From Antedon mediterranea (lineage: Eukaryota; Animalia; Echinodermata): 64,000 nt of DNA. The DNA lies in contig NC_092680.1 in assembly GCF_964355755.1 (NCBI RefSeq), positions 6,820,001 to 6,884,000 of the forward strand, written 5' to 3'. Under the pieces are notes generated by a model. The model ran no database searches. It had not been told where the DNA came from and saw only the letters and a list, made by a program, of their open reading frames with translations. Both the position numbers and the translations under genes were made by a program. Below, piece by piece: positions 11,301 through 23,487 of this stretch. Every line of letters begins with the position of its first letter. Within the stretch, counting starts at the first letter, position 1.

Positions 11301-12746
11301 TCTTTTTATATGATTCTAATGAAATGTAAATAAAATCAATCAAATAGGAGCCGGCTTACCAGCAATAATGTGGATTATAAAAACGCCATCATTAAGAATA
11401 TAATGCTAAATGTAGAATTTTGATATTAAAAGTAGCTGTGTAGATGTCCCAACTTAGAAAAATAGAATATCGGGGGGAAATGAATATGAAAGAAGGTATT
11501 ATGACAGAAGGAAGGTACTATAAATTAAAATTATACATAAAATTATAGGGGTAGGGGGGTCGCTTTGAACAAAGCTTAGGCATCAGCATCTTTGAAAAAA
11601 TTTTCGCAACAAACTAAGGCTTTGTAATAATAGAGAATAAGTAGTGTAATACATTTTAACATTATCTGGATGTCTTTAAGTATATCCTCAACAAAAATTG
11701 AAAGAAATTATATTTTAAGGGGAAATCCTGAAATATCGGGAAGCAGTGCGGAAGAGTGGTTTGAGCTGTTGCTGACTGATGCAAGGAAAGCAATAAAAAG
11801 TCTCTGTTTCGATAATACCTATTACTACATGTATCGACATCAATATTTATAATAGTAATAATTGCTTATATAATGCTTTTCCACATTGATCAAAATGCTT
11901 CACATTATGATTAAGCCTACAATTTTGATTTACAATTTTTTTAGATATTTTTTGAGATCTCAATTTTAGTGAGTGGTCGAGCCATAACATCAGCAAGGGT
12001 TAGAGGCTCATAAAAACCGTAGGTCCAGTGTACACATCTTTTTCATGTGCACTTTAAAGAACCTAGTACATCTTTTGAGACGAGTATGGGGTTACCTTGG
12101 TGTACTAGTTCACACTAAGCCACTGTGTCTTGGACAGATGAGTTCAACAGCAACCAACTGCACAGCCTTTTAAACTATTATCAAACAAGGCCATATATAT
12201 GCCTACAGTCGCGTGTGCAAATTTGAGTTAGAGTTTGCCGATCGACATAGTAAACTGTAGAGTCGCGTTTGCATGTGACTAAAAAGCTGAAAGTGCAATA
12301 GAAACATTTACTCAATCAATCAATCAAATTAACATTTATTTTCTTCCGCAGTAAAATAACAACAAATATCCAATATAAATTGTAAAATGAGGGAAGAGGG
12401 CAAAACTCAAAAAGTAACGCCAGATGAAAAACAGAAAACTATTAATCAAAAGACCTTGTGACGAGCAAGCCCTAAATTATAAATAAAATTTACAAATTAA
12501 TTAACGTACACAAACACACAGACAGTATAAAGTGAACTATAATGAAGGACATAAGATGACGGGTATTAACTATTATCAAGTATTAAGGATACACTCATGT
12601 GTGTTATGTTTATTAGCAAACTAAACGTTAGCTATATTGTTTTCTTGAATTTTAAACAGGAAAGACAGATCACCTCAACTACAAGGAAAGCAAAGAGTAA
12701 CCAAGTTGACCGTACCTCTGATGACAGTTTTGATGAAGAATGGTGA
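2397..12746 (+). CDS. FAM227B: FAM227B-like protein (FWWh domain), about 550 aa, 13 coding exons
   Basis: Exons: 2397-2492, 2580-2685, 3144-3287, 4532-4644, 5239-5343, 5895-5993, 7180-7287, 8203-8461, 8780-8937, 9159-9313, 9781-9858, 10322-10466, 12660-12746 (1653 nt, phases consistent). Family motifs: LEAPQILNRVTKAQ, FWKKLFLSEASIAVMLDMFWWFF, LFNRIADSFVAL, YCDCLAQ, GPGPGFERVLFNIGGRSPLV.HYL, PPAPTYRDVI. Confidence 0.9.
2686..3143 (+). other. U12-type (minor spliceosome) GT-AG intron in FAM227B
   Basis: Donor GTATCCTTT at 2686-2694. Branch-like TTTTCCATGAT at 3121-3131, about 12 nt before CAG (3141-3143), with no polypyrimidine tract. Splicing joins HA-P-FPMY in frame. Confidence 0.85.
2715..3069. 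mobile_element. PIF/Harbinger-like MITE family A copy, interrupted or compound, inside the U12 intron
   Basis: Left TIR AGCGCTGTCTACATTTTCAAACT after TTA. Right TIR TTTGATACTGTAGATAGAGCT before TAA. Internal CCAAATATGGTAGTGATATG motif shared with the other copies. Confidence 0.6.
3338..3490. mobile_element. MITE family A copy (degenerate)
   Basis: TGTCTACACT..CTATCAAACT, AAAATGTGATGTGCC, ATATCACTACCATATTT twice, and CATCACAC..TTTTGTCAAACTAG, matching the copies at 8562 and 21955. Confidence 0.7.
4645..5238 (+). other. GC-AG intron in FAM227B
   Basis: GAG|GCAAGT donor at 4645, otherwise a consensus U2 donor. The frame stops 15 nt further on, and a phase-0 join to the exon at 5239 restores the frame (RSVE|ATRY). 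Confidence 0.8.
4690..4987 (-). mobile_element. tRNA-derived SINE with Deu/Nin-like domain, tail type 2
   Basis: The reverse complement of 4776-4987 matches the head and core of the SINE at 7487. It is followed by a different 3' tail, CTCTGGGAGAACAGTTTTTGACTGCAGAGGCTACCCAGTATAAAGAATAAATAATAAAA. Confidence 0.8.
6219..6263 (+). ncRNA. Minimal type I hammerhead ribozyme motif (Penelope-like element type), probably degenerate
   Basis: CTGATGA (6226-6232), then A, stem II GGGC/GCCC with a 7-nt loop, GAAA (6249-6252), palindromic minimal stem III and a TC cleavage site (6255-6256). Stem I (TTGCA / TGGCTAA) pairs only partly. Confidence 0.6.
6852..7020. mobile_element. Palindromic MITE family B (Harbinger-like), nested inside an older inverted-repeat element
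   Basis: TIRs AGCTTGGTTCCCACTAG / CTAGTGGGAACCACGCT with a long internal inverted repeat (ACGCAACGCAAG / CTTGCGTTGCGT). A second copy lies at 63480-63658 in the opposite orientation. Confidence 0.85.
7487..7905 (+). mobile_element. Full-length tRNA-derived SINE with Deu/Nin-like central domain and L2-like tail
   Basis: A box TGGCCGAGCGG and B box GGTTCAAGGC. Central TCGGATAAGGACTATAAACCGTAGGTCC...TTAAAGAACC...GAGTAGGGGGTTACCCCGGTGT resembles the Deu/Nin domain. Tail AGCGCCTTTGA...GGCGCTTTACAAAT followed by (TAT)n. Confidence 0.85.
8030..8126. mobile_element. MITE family A, right-half fragment
   Basis: CACTACCATATTT twice, CATCACACTTTTTTTGTCAAACTAGTTTGGTAGTGTAGATAGACGAGCT. Confidence 0.7.
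8562..8700. mobile_element. MITE family A, full length, TAA TSD
   Basis: TAA|GGCTCAGTCTACTCTATCAAACT ... AGTTTAATAGTGTAAACAGAGCT|TAA. A 3-bp TWA TSD indicates PIF/Harbinger (Tourist-like). Confidence 0.85.
8975..9099. mobile_element. MITE family A, TTA TSD
   Basis: TTA|AGCTCTGTCTACACTATCAAA ... TTTGATAGTGTAGACAGAGCT|TTA, a perfect 21-bp TIR. Confidence 0.9.
9314..9780 (+). other. U12-type intron with AT 5' end, most likely AT-AA termini, in FAM227B
   Basis: Donor ATATCCTTTT at 9314-9323 and consensus U12 branch TTTCCTTAAT at 9761-9770. The phase-2 donor requires the next exon to begin at 9781 (intron ends ...TTCAA) or 9796 (ends ...CAAC). Confidence 0.75.
11968..12140 (+). mobile_element. 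Internally deleted copy of the Deu/Nin-domain SINE
   Basis: GTGAGTGGTCGAG, CCATAACATCAGCAAGGGTT, AAACCGTAGGTCCAGTGTACA, TTTAAAGAACCTAGTACATCTTT, GGGGTTACC..GGTGTACTAGTTCA all match the 7487 copy. Confidence 0.8.
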
Positions 12747-13700
12747 TTGAGAAAATAACAAAAACTAAGTTGGAACCAATAATAACAATCAATTAAAAAA
12801 ACAAACAAATTTAAAATTTTTTTGTTTTTTTAAGTAACTGGAACTGGTTCAGGTAACCACCTACATAAAAACATCTGATAGCCATTGACATAAAGTTGGC
12901 ATTACTTACTTGACTGGTTACTGAAAAAATTTGATGGTAGACGGTGATCTCTCGGTTAAAGTCAAAAAGCAGTATCAGTACTAATGTCAAAAGCATGTCA
13001 ATGACTACAAAGTGTCATGAGATGACGGTTATTTCGGGTACAAATAAGTATTAATCAACAATCTTGTTGAGTAAGTTTATAATCTTAAGACAGGTGGTGT
13101 ATTTCATAGGGTTGCTTCATTCGTCACGATTGACTCTTCAATGTTCTGGTGATATGACAAGTTTTATTTAAACCCTAAATCCAGTGTACGCTATTCACTC
13201 GTGTACGCTTAATCTATGCAGTATTTCGCAATAAGTAGGCGTACCAATAACGACCAATCAAGTGTTTTGATATCCAATCCGTCCTGTAAGCTCACTGATC
13301 TTCACCAGCTAACCGTTGGTCTTCCAAGAAAAATTAATTATCTATATTCATTTCTATGTGTTGTTTTACACAATGTTTAATATGTTAATATAATATATTC
13401 AAATTCTTTTCTGAATTTGGCAAATAAACAGCTCTTTTTTTAAACCTTGATGTATATACATTTAAAGCTAATAAATTTTAACACCTATTTAATTTAATTC
13501 CTAATGAATTAAAATACTAACTTTGGTGCTTTCAGTTTATTTGTGTATCTTTTCTATCATCCAACTATACCAGTTGAGTTTATTATTATATTAATTGTCG
13601 ATTCGATTGTTCTTCCATGATTTTAAATCTTCCAATTAAATTCAACCTGTCCGAATACTCTAGATTGTTTTCCATATGAGAGTTCCTATTATCGGTTCGG

Positions 13701-14330
13701 ATTCTGTAAAAGTAACTGAACATGTGCACTATTTCACTCGGTGTATATTCTGTAAAAGTAACTACACATGCGCATTATTTCACTCGGTGGATATTCTGTA
13801 AAAGTAACTGCCCATGCGCATTATTTCACTCGGTGGATATTCTGTAAAAGTAACTGCACATGTGCATTATTTCACTCGGTGGATATTCTGTAAAAGTAAC
13901 TGCACATGTGCATTATTTCACTCGGTGTATATTCTGTAAAAGTAACTGCACATGTGCATTATTTCACTCGGTGTATATTCTGTAAAAGTAACTACACATG
14001 CGCATTATTTCACTCGGTGGATATTCTGTAAAAGTAACTGCCCATGCGCATTATTTCACTCGGTGGATATTCTGTAAAAGTAACTGCACATGTGCATTAT
14101 TTCACTCGGTGGATATTCTGTAAAAGTAACTGCACATGTGCATTATTTCACTCGGTGTATATTCTGTAATAGTAACTGCACATGTGCATTATTTCACTCG
14201 GTGTATATTCTGTAATAGTAACTGCACATGTGCATTATTTCACTCGGTGGATATTCTGTAAAAGAAACTGCCCATGCGCATTATTTCACTCGGATGTTAT
14301 TCTGTAAAAGTAACTGCACATGCGCATTAT
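13701..14330. repeat. 46-bp minisatellite, about 13.7 copies, with a 5-unit higher-order pattern
   Basis: Unit ATTCTGTAAAAGTAACTGCACATGTGCATTATTTCACTCGGTGGAT starting at 13701, 13747, 13793 and so on. Confidence 0.95.
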
Positions 14331-15746
14331 TTTTCTTTAAGATTATTTTCCATTGGCGATTTGGATCAGTGTAATGCTGTGGTATATTGATCGGAGGGTT
14401 GTCCAAAGCATCCATTGTGCATTGTTTTTGATGAGTTGTGATTTATTTATTTATTTATTTGCCGTGTAAGCGGTTCGGTGTTCGGTTCACATTGATTCAA
14501 TTTTTTTTACAGTGTAGTATAAGTAAAATATTGCTTATTAAAATTATTAGCAAAATCTGTTTATAGTGATGTAGAAAAAATAAAAATTATATGATATTTA
14601 TTTATTTAATTCCACTCCGCAAAAAACATTTTATTTTAATTTTCTACACTTCATTTAATCAATTAAACCGATGGTACTTTTTATCATGCTTTTTATCATG
14701 CTTTTTTTATTGACACGGGCTGAGTAGGCATACGGTAGCAGAATACATGCAAGCTATTGAACAACTCGATAAAAAAACAAGGCATTTGACACACGGTTGG
14801 GTTGACCGTGTCAACTTCCCTCGTGATAGCAAATGTAGTAGGCCTACTAACAGTTTATTATGTATTAATTAACTTATATATGAAACTTAAAGTAGATAAC
14901 CTGTTTGTCAGATGTTTGTATGGCACCATAGTACTTGTAACTTAGCCAATATAATAAACACACTTTGTATTCCATAATTTCCACTTTAACCTCAGCATGG
15001 ATTAATGAGAATTGTCACGTGTTGTTGGTGAAGAATTAGCTAGGAATATCTAATTCGTTATTTAGCTGGTAGGATTGATTGAAAACCATGTTTAGTTTAA
15101 ATTGTAAATACATTACAAAGACAATAATTATAATAATTCATCAGTATAATTGAGTAATGGTGTTTAATATCCCCAACCTGATGATTTCTAGCCTGGACTA
15201 ATAGATACCTGCTTGTGTTTGATGATTTTGTTGAAGGAACTCCTGTTTAATCTTAGTTCACACTTAGACAGACACAACCGAACTGAACCAAGCTTTACTT
15301 ACGGTTCTGTCCCCACTTGCACTCGAATCTCCCCAGAATTTCGACTGCATCATCATTTTGTTTTTCTTATACAAAAATAGATTATCATTACATACACATT
15401 TTAAAACCAAACTTACAGAATAAACAACTAAACAACCCTTTAGGCTGATGGGATAATACCGTAGTTTCCAAAGTTGTTCTCGAAGAAATTTCTTTAAATC
15501 ATTTTCTATTAGCCCTTAGTTCTGTATGGCCTATATAAACCATCAGTTTTAGTACGTTATGCATTGGTTGTAACAGCGAAAAATATAAATCTCTGATATA
15601 TTAAAACAAATTTCAATGTATCTACCATCTGATTTGTATTGTATTTAAATGCTTTGCATTAGGCGGAAGTTGGATCTCTCTATAGTTGAATTAAAATCTT
15701 GCTGACGACATTTGCCGTACTATTCATTGGCCAAGTCGCAGCCCTA

Positions 15747-18700
15747 CTACCAGAGATAGTCGGATAGAATACATAGTGTAATAAAAATGAAATAAAATAC
15801 AAGAAATATTAAACCAGTACATCTATTGAGCTTGCCCCGTCGTAAGTAAAATATAAGGACCATTAAAAAGACAGTGGCGAGAAGCATAGCAGCGGTAAAC
15901 ACTAGATTAGTTGAGTAAACTTTGATTATCCCGTTGAAGTCTACAAACAGCGTTTTGATAAACCATGGCGTGCCTAAACAGAGCAGGATGTCAAAGATGT
16001 TACTGCCCAACGAATTGGAGATTGCCATTCCACCAAATCCTAAAAGAAAGAGCACATATAACATGTATCACAAAATTATACTTTACAGGACAGTACATCA
16101 CCGACAATCGGATATAGTGAACTACAATCCGAATCGTCATCATCGTCACATAATTATCGGCACGTCTCACCGATAATCGGCTATTAGTGAACTACACAAT
16201 CCGAGTCGTCATCATCGTCACACAATTATCGGCACGTCTTCTATAATAGGCCTACTAATACAAGAAATTTCACTTTATAAATACATACATATTTAAATAG
16301 GCCTACCTAGTGTATGTTTAACACTACGGTAATCAATACATTCAACATTAAAATAGGCAAAATTTTGAAACAAAATAATTGTTACCGTCTCTTGCAGCAA
16401 TGACACTTGCCATAGCGTCAGGAACGCTGGTGCCAGCTGCTAATAGTGTTAACCCCATAACGGAATCGTCGATACCAAAGGTATCACCTATGTATAAAAA
16501 ATTAACATAATTCAGCATTTTCAATTAAACACGTTTTTAAGTTAGACTTTATTAGCAGCATATTGTAGATTATTATTTATCAGTTATATTGCATTTTTTT
16601 TTTCATTGTACTGTATTTATTTTATGAGGATATTCAATATTTATTTTTTTTTTACTTTTGTCAAAACATAACTTGAATGTAATTATTTCAAGACAAGAGT
16701 TATGTAAATAATCTAATCAATAAATAATCATGGACTCATCACATGAAGCAATCGATATTCTCGAACCAACAACAAGATGCCATTGATACCATTTTATATT
16801 AAAAAATATAAATAAAACCTACCAATAATAGAGACCATCCACACCAACACGTAAGATAACCCTCCAATGTAGATCACTGACATTAAGAACGTCAGCATAT
16901 ACCAGTTCTTCCAATGTGCACGACGACAGTCGGGTATTGTCAAATAGAATAATACGTATATTGGTAGTGCTATTACCCATATGCAACGATTTAGACAACC
17001 ATCTGGAACGGAAAGAACACTTTCTTCCCTTTTCTCCTCTAATTTATTCACCGTCGTCGTCGTCGTTGACGCTGCTACAATGGAAAACATGTTAACTTGG
17101 TTAACAAAATAATTGTTCTTTTTAAAATGGTGCATACTTTCTCCATCCTTTAAACTATTTAGCAGCCGCCGGCGTCATCATAATGGAAACCGCATTAGAA
17201 CTAATTTATCGAACATAAAGTAGGCCTATGTTAATTTATTTTGTCATTTTTGTATTTATTATTATTTAAATTGTCTTTGTTATAAGGAGGAGGACTGAAA
17301 CCTAGTTTACACTAGCCAACTTTGGTAAAACTGAACCAAACTCCGAGTTTGCAAAAACAAAACAACTTAAATTGGTAAAGTTTGGAAAACTGCAGAAAAC
17401 AAGTTTGACCAAAACCTAGTTTGCACTAGTCAACTTTAGTTTGCAGATTCAACAAAACTCTGAGTTTGCAAAAACAAAACAACTTAAATTGGTAAAGTTT
17501 GGAAAACTGCAGAAAACAAGTTTGACCAAAACCTAGTTTGCACTAGTCAACTTTAGTTTGCAGATTCAACAAAACTCCGAGTTTGCAAAAACAAAACAAC
17601 TTAAATTGGTAAAGTTTGGAAAACTGCAGAAAACAAGTTTGACCAAAACCTAATTTGCACTAGTCAACTTTAGTTTGCAGATTCAACAAAACTCCGAGTT
17701 TGCAAAAACAAAACAAAAATTGGTAAAGTTTGGAAAACTGCAGAAACTAGTTTGACCAAAACTTAGTTTACACTAGTCAACTTTAGTTTGTAGATTCAAC
17801 AAAACTCCGAGTTTGCAAAAACAAAACAAAAATTGGTAAAGTTGTTTGGAAAACTGCAGAAACTAGTTTGACCAAATTCTAGTATACACTAGTCGACTTT
17901 AGTTTGCAGATTCAACAAAACTCCAAGTTTGCAAAAACAAAACAAAAATTGGTAAACTTTGGAAAACTGCAGAAAACAAGTTTGACCAAAACCTAGTTTA
18001 CACTAGTCAACTTTAGTTTGCAGATTCAACAAAATTTCGAGTGTGTAAAAACAAAACAAAAATTGGTAAAGTTTTGAAAACTGCAGAAACAAGTTTAACT
18101 AAAACCTAGTTTACACTAGTCAACTTTAGTTTGCAGATTCAACAAAACTCCGAGTTTGCAAAAAAACAAAACAAAAATTGGTAAACTTTGGAAAACTGCA
18201 GTTTGCGGAAGTCACGTCTACACTATAGCTAGATTTCAAACTCGGAATTTACAAACAATTTACAACTGGGTAACGTGTGCGTCATCATAGGGAGAAATGA
18301 GAACCGAAAGGCGGTTCACGTGACCAGATCAAACGATAAAAACATAAATCCAAAAATGTCCATTACCTATGCTTTGATTATGACCATGTGACCTATTTAA
18401 TGTAGGGATTTCAACCGTGAGAATTTTGCTGCATTCTCCATTTGTTTGTAGCTTATTTCCATTTTGTAACGTAAAACCATCGTTTTCATTTAAGTTTTCT
18501 GTTAGTAATGTTCTTTCAGAGATGTCTTTGTTTTGATTGAAAAGACCATTAATAAATTCTTCCAAGTTTTCGTTGAAATACATAATAAAAATATAGCCGG
18601 CATAGAGCAACATAAATATTGCACCTTCGTACCTGAAATGTTAAGAACAAAAATAAGGTTACTGAATATCGGACTGAAATTAGTTACCAAATAATTAAAC

Positions 18701-21700
18701 ATTTACGGCCGGATGGAGAATGAAATATAATACGTGTAAGTTTGTAATATTAATAAAGCATGCTTATATTGATTTTATGTGACTTATGGCTAACATGAAC
18801 ACTTGGATGGGTGGGTTGCTATGTCTGTTCATCTGCGTGAATAGAATGGACAAACACACATGCGTATTCTTATGTTAATCTACTTTTTGTGGCGTCAAAA
18901 GAATGTACAGCGAATCTGAGCTCAGTAATATCGGCCAGTGGAAAACAGGCTTAGTGTGGTCCTGTCCTCTACAGAGAGATATTTAGTTTGAAAATGAATG
19001 AAAATCTGAACTTACCAATGAACAGTGAAATCGCTTATTGCAGCGATGAGAGCCACTATACTGATAAGATAATATACCGAATCACGGAACATTGGCCAAA
19101 ATAGCAACTGTATAACCTTTAAAAATGATACAAATAATTAGATAGGCAATATTTTAAAAGCAATTTTTTGTTCAATATGATTTACAATTTAAAATTAATG
19201 GATATATAATCGATAACTAATGATTATTTTCAAGACTATTAAGGTGATTCTGTACACCAAAGTATTACTTTCTTCAATAAAAAGACATTGCTAGGCCTGT
19301 TACAATGTTTCCAATTAGAATATCCTCATTAGAAAGATGCGGGTAAAACAACAACTCATGAATATCTCGTTTTGAGACGTTTAATACATTTTAAAGCTGG
19401 TTGATATAATAGTCTGCGAACGTTTATGATAGTTTGCGTTGCTTTCTTAGAAATATTCTAAGGCAGTGTGTTTCATTTGTATAAACAAGGTATTTATATA
19501 CAGAGGAGATATTTTAATAATAATAATAATAATAATATTTTTAAAATAGCTTATTAACAGTCCTCGTATACAGTAAACAATTTCAACACTAATTCTTTCT
19601 TCAATTCAATATATGTTTTTCCAGTTATTTATTTATTTATTTAGAGTTTGAATTATGTTTTGTTTTTACTTTGTTTTCGAAAAATGAAAATCTTACTAAC
19701 AGTACTAATAGAATAACATATATTTACCATTCCGGCAAGAAGTCCACATAAGCCAATTATAAACAGAAGATTAAAGACAGCCGATCCTAAAATGGTTCCC
19801 GTTCCAATATCGCCGCCTGTTATAAACACTCCTGTAACAATATGCAAATTACCGAATATAGTCAATAATGGTTCAAGGTTTTTTTGAATTTATACTTATT
19901 TTGTATTGTTTTATAATTTCAGTTTTGCCTCATATAATAAAGATCTTATATCATGTTTAAAAGACACTATAATGTAATTTTTAAAAGAGTGGACATTAGG
20001 ATCAGTACTTACCAATTATTGAAGTGAAAAACTCTGGAGCTGAACTCCCTGCTGCCATAAACGTGGCACCGGCGACGTCAGGCGCCAAATTTAAACCTAA
20101 TTTAAATTTTTGAAAGAACGATAAAATAATGTTAGGCCTATACAAACAATGTTTATTATTAATATAATATTAAAGTAATTGCTTATCATGATAGTCAATA
20201 GGCCTATAATTAATATTAATTGTTATTAAAATCTTTTATGATTGTGATTTTATCATCAACATTTAATTCCTTTCTTCTGTGATATTTCCATTAAACGTAT
20301 ATTCTTCAATAGGATTTTAGTGATGGTTAAGAAAAAATAATGAACCACTTTCCAAAATTGAAAGACGAACATTATGATTCATAATCATAATCTTTTTTTA
20401 AGAAAAATATTTGTTTATGTTCGATTTTTTAACTTCAGAATTTCTTTATAATTATTAGTAAGATTATTCTTAGTATTGATTTTAAGTTTTCAAGATAAAT
20501 ATTAGTTCATACAAGAATTTTATTTTAACAAAAATAGGAACAGTAGGGCCTAAATCTTCTTATTTTATACCATTCTTGCTTTATTTAAATATGTTATTTC
20601 TTACAAACAAATATTGAAAGTCAAAATTTTAAAGAAGTAAGAAAAATAATTTTAAAAAGTGGAAATTTCGGCAATTTTTCGAAAATAATCCTTTGGTCCC
20701 CCGCAGTGAAATTTTCCAAAACAAAATTGCCAAATTTCGACCCTTTTATTTTTTGAGATAACTAGTTACTATGGCTCTATAAGAGAGAATCTAACATGAG
20801 AATCGGAATGTTATGGTATACTGTATTTTACCTTCGGTGATTCCCTCCAGAGATGGAACAAAATAATCATCGCATATTATAGCAATAGCCCCAAATATAT
20901 AAAATGCCACCAGGAAATTGATAGCTACTGCTCCATTTTGCCGCTGGTCTTTGGTAAAAAATCCAGATGGGAAACTATCAACAGTGGAATCAGAAGTGGT
21001 AAAGTTTGTTTCTTCTGAAATTTAAAATTCAATTTATTGTCACATGATATAAAATACATAACATTTGTCTTCCTGAGCTTAGAAACTTAGATAAAATACA
21101 ATTTAAAACACAATATAAAAAATCTTAACTAATTATCTTGAAAAATGTACAATATAGATGACAAGCATATGGGAAAAAGAGTCTCTAAAACGGTTGGTTT
21201 TAACTTTGCATTGCCCAATTCTACCAGATGTATTCAAACTTACAGTACTATTAAGTGGATGAGTCACATCTTTAATTATCCATTTTAATTTAATAAAAAC
21301 CGTTTTTACTTAGGCCTAATTATTATTTTGTAATTGAGAAAGCACGACGAAAAGTACATTTATTTCTGATCATTTTTATGTATGGAAGCTGTCGTGTTTT
21401 AACTTAATTGATAAGACAGTTTTTGTTTTTACTTTTGTTTAAGAAGTGTATTTAAGGATTGGACAAACTGTAACATCTGGCGTAATTAAATGATGTAATG
21501 TAATATATCTTTATAGTTTCATATTATTATTTATTAGTTATATTGCTGAGTGGTATCTCTCGTTATATTATCTACCGTTATAATTATTATTGGCACGAAG
21601 GTTCAGTTTCTTATATCTTGACCATCTGGGAACCGATTGAAAGGACAACTTCGGGACCTAATTAAGTTTCTGCTTAATAGGGTCAACCGTAGGGTTAAAA

Positions 21701-22621
21701 CATCTATTACCCCTCGATTGTTTCACGAGGACGTGTCCCTTTGATAGAGGTGTTTCTTGAACAAGGGTGTCGTGCCCCAAATGTGGGATGTCATTCTAAA
21801 TATTCATACAGCACTCACATATACACTTTAAACCTGAACTTATCGTTTAGGATTTCTATGTTTAGAAGAGAATTAATAAAATAACAATGATTGTGAAAAA
21901 CTGACTTAAATTATTCAAAATGCTTTTTCTGTCTAATCAAGTAACAAATTGTTAAGCTCTGCTTAAACTATCAAACTTTATGTGACAAACAAATGTCCAT
22001 TATGGACATGATAATGATGCCATATCACTGCCATATCACTACCATATTTGGGCACATCGCACTTTTGTTGTCAAAGTAGTTTGATAGTGTAGACAAAGCT
22101 TTATAGGCTTATATTGCTAGTGCCTACTAAATGAAACATATTAGCCGTATATATTCTGAAATTGTATTTATGCACGATCAACAAGAATGTATAATTTGGT
22201 TAAAGGTTAAATAGAAATATAATAAATATAAAACAAGCCAAGAAGTCATAGGAATTAAGTTTGATGGTTGATAATAGTTCAGTTATATATTATCATCATC
22301 CTTTACAAAATGCAAAATTAAAAATATGTCTAATACATAGCTAATTGGATATATACATTTTTCGATGATCTATACTTAGCAATAAGTCAATCGACATGAT
22401 AATTATATAATCGATAGATAATTACCTTCCTGAATATCTTCATATTTCCTTCGTATCTGGAGGTGATTTGAATTAAAATTCGAGCTGAGATACAGTGCTA
22501 TAATAAAGGTACAGCTTGCAATACCAATCCCATGGAATACATACTTCTTTCTTTGAGGTTTTAGCTTGGATGAAAAGCGTCTGCATTCCAATGGTTTGCT
22601 TGTCGACAAGGCGGTCTTCAT
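15747..22621 (-). CDS. SLC24A5: K+-dependent Na+/Ca2+ exchanger (NCKX, SLC24A5/NCKX5-like), about 526 aa, 9 coding exons
   Basis: Exons (minus strand): 22621-22426, 21014-20832, 20096-20013, 19831-19728, 19116-19016, 18632-18367, 17074-16823, 16487-16386, 16039-15747 (1581 nt, all GT-AG). Alpha-1 repeat [36 protein letters not shown]. Alpha-2 repeat [33 protein letters not shown], including the Asp of SVPD needed for K+ dependence. FPSGFFT and GDIG..TILGSA favour NCKX5 over NCKX3/4, but the paralog assignment is tentative. Confidence 0.9.
16093..16220. repeat. Short tandem duplication (about 65 bp, 2 copies) in the last NCKX intron
   Basis: TAGTGAACTACAATCCGA.TCGTCATCATCGTCACA.AATTATCGGCACGTCT occurs twice. 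Confidence 0.8.
17298..18205. repeat. Tandem repeat of about 115 bp, about 8 copies, in an NCKX intron
   Basis: Unit CCTAGTTTGCACTAGTCAACTTTAGTTTGCAGATTCAACAAAACTCCGAGTTTGCAAAAACAAAAC...AAATTGGTAAAGTTTGGAAAACTGCAGAAAACAAGTTTGACCAAAA starting near 17301, 17415, 17532, 17649, 17762, 17878, 17992 and 18105. Confidence 0.95.
21955..22100. mobile_element. MITE family A, full length, TTA TSD
   Basis: TTA|AGCTCTGCTTAAACTATCAAACT ... AGTTTGATAGTGTAGACAAAGCT|TTA. Confidence 0.85.
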
Positions 22622-23487
22622 CTTAAAAATAAAAGTGAAATAAACACACACAAAAAGGACATTAATAAAATAAAGATCGGAGAAGTTATTTAATCGGAAC
22701 ATACCAGTAATTGGAATCTAGAGAAGGAGGGGTCATAACTCAATGAAGGATTTAAATTCAGGAAAAGAATAAAAGCGAAATTTCAATTTGCGACGAAAAG
22801 ACTTCCTGAACAACTTTTGTGAAGCGCCGTTTTGTTAAAAATGGCAAAGCATTTACTGTAAGCATGAATGTAGCTTTAGTCAAGTTAATTCATTGCGCAC
22901 ATGGCGCGCGCGATGAGCTACGTCACACTGTTTATACGAGGTATACGTACTTAGGTGTTGCGATTCGAAAGAACAACATGTTTATGCCAAGATGAAGGAA
23001 CACGCCAGATTAATTACCAGGCACAAATCCAACGATGATGACAAAACGAAATTTGATTGTTTTTGGAATTGTTGATGGTTAATACTAGACTGTAACAGTA
23101 CATTATTAATTTAACAATGTTTTCCTGGCAAATAAACACTAGTAAAGTCACGTTTTCAGTACACCGTGTTTTTTTTAAAGAAGAGTCAAGCTGTACTGTA
23201 GTGTGGGCCTATTTACGATCAAAGGTTTAGTTCGGTCAGGGAAGTTCCCGGTTCGATCAATTTGATTCATCAAACCCACTCAATGAATGACGATATAGTT
23301 TAACTCTCAAAAGAGCACGGCCTCACCTGATGTGTTCCTTACGGTACATTTACGAGGTATAGATGACATATGACTACTAAAACAATAGATTAAATAGGAT
23401 AACATTTTAAATTATAAAATATTAGGTAGTAGCCCAAAGGATGCATTATAAAATAAATGGTCTTTTTCTGCTTCACCCTTTAAATAT

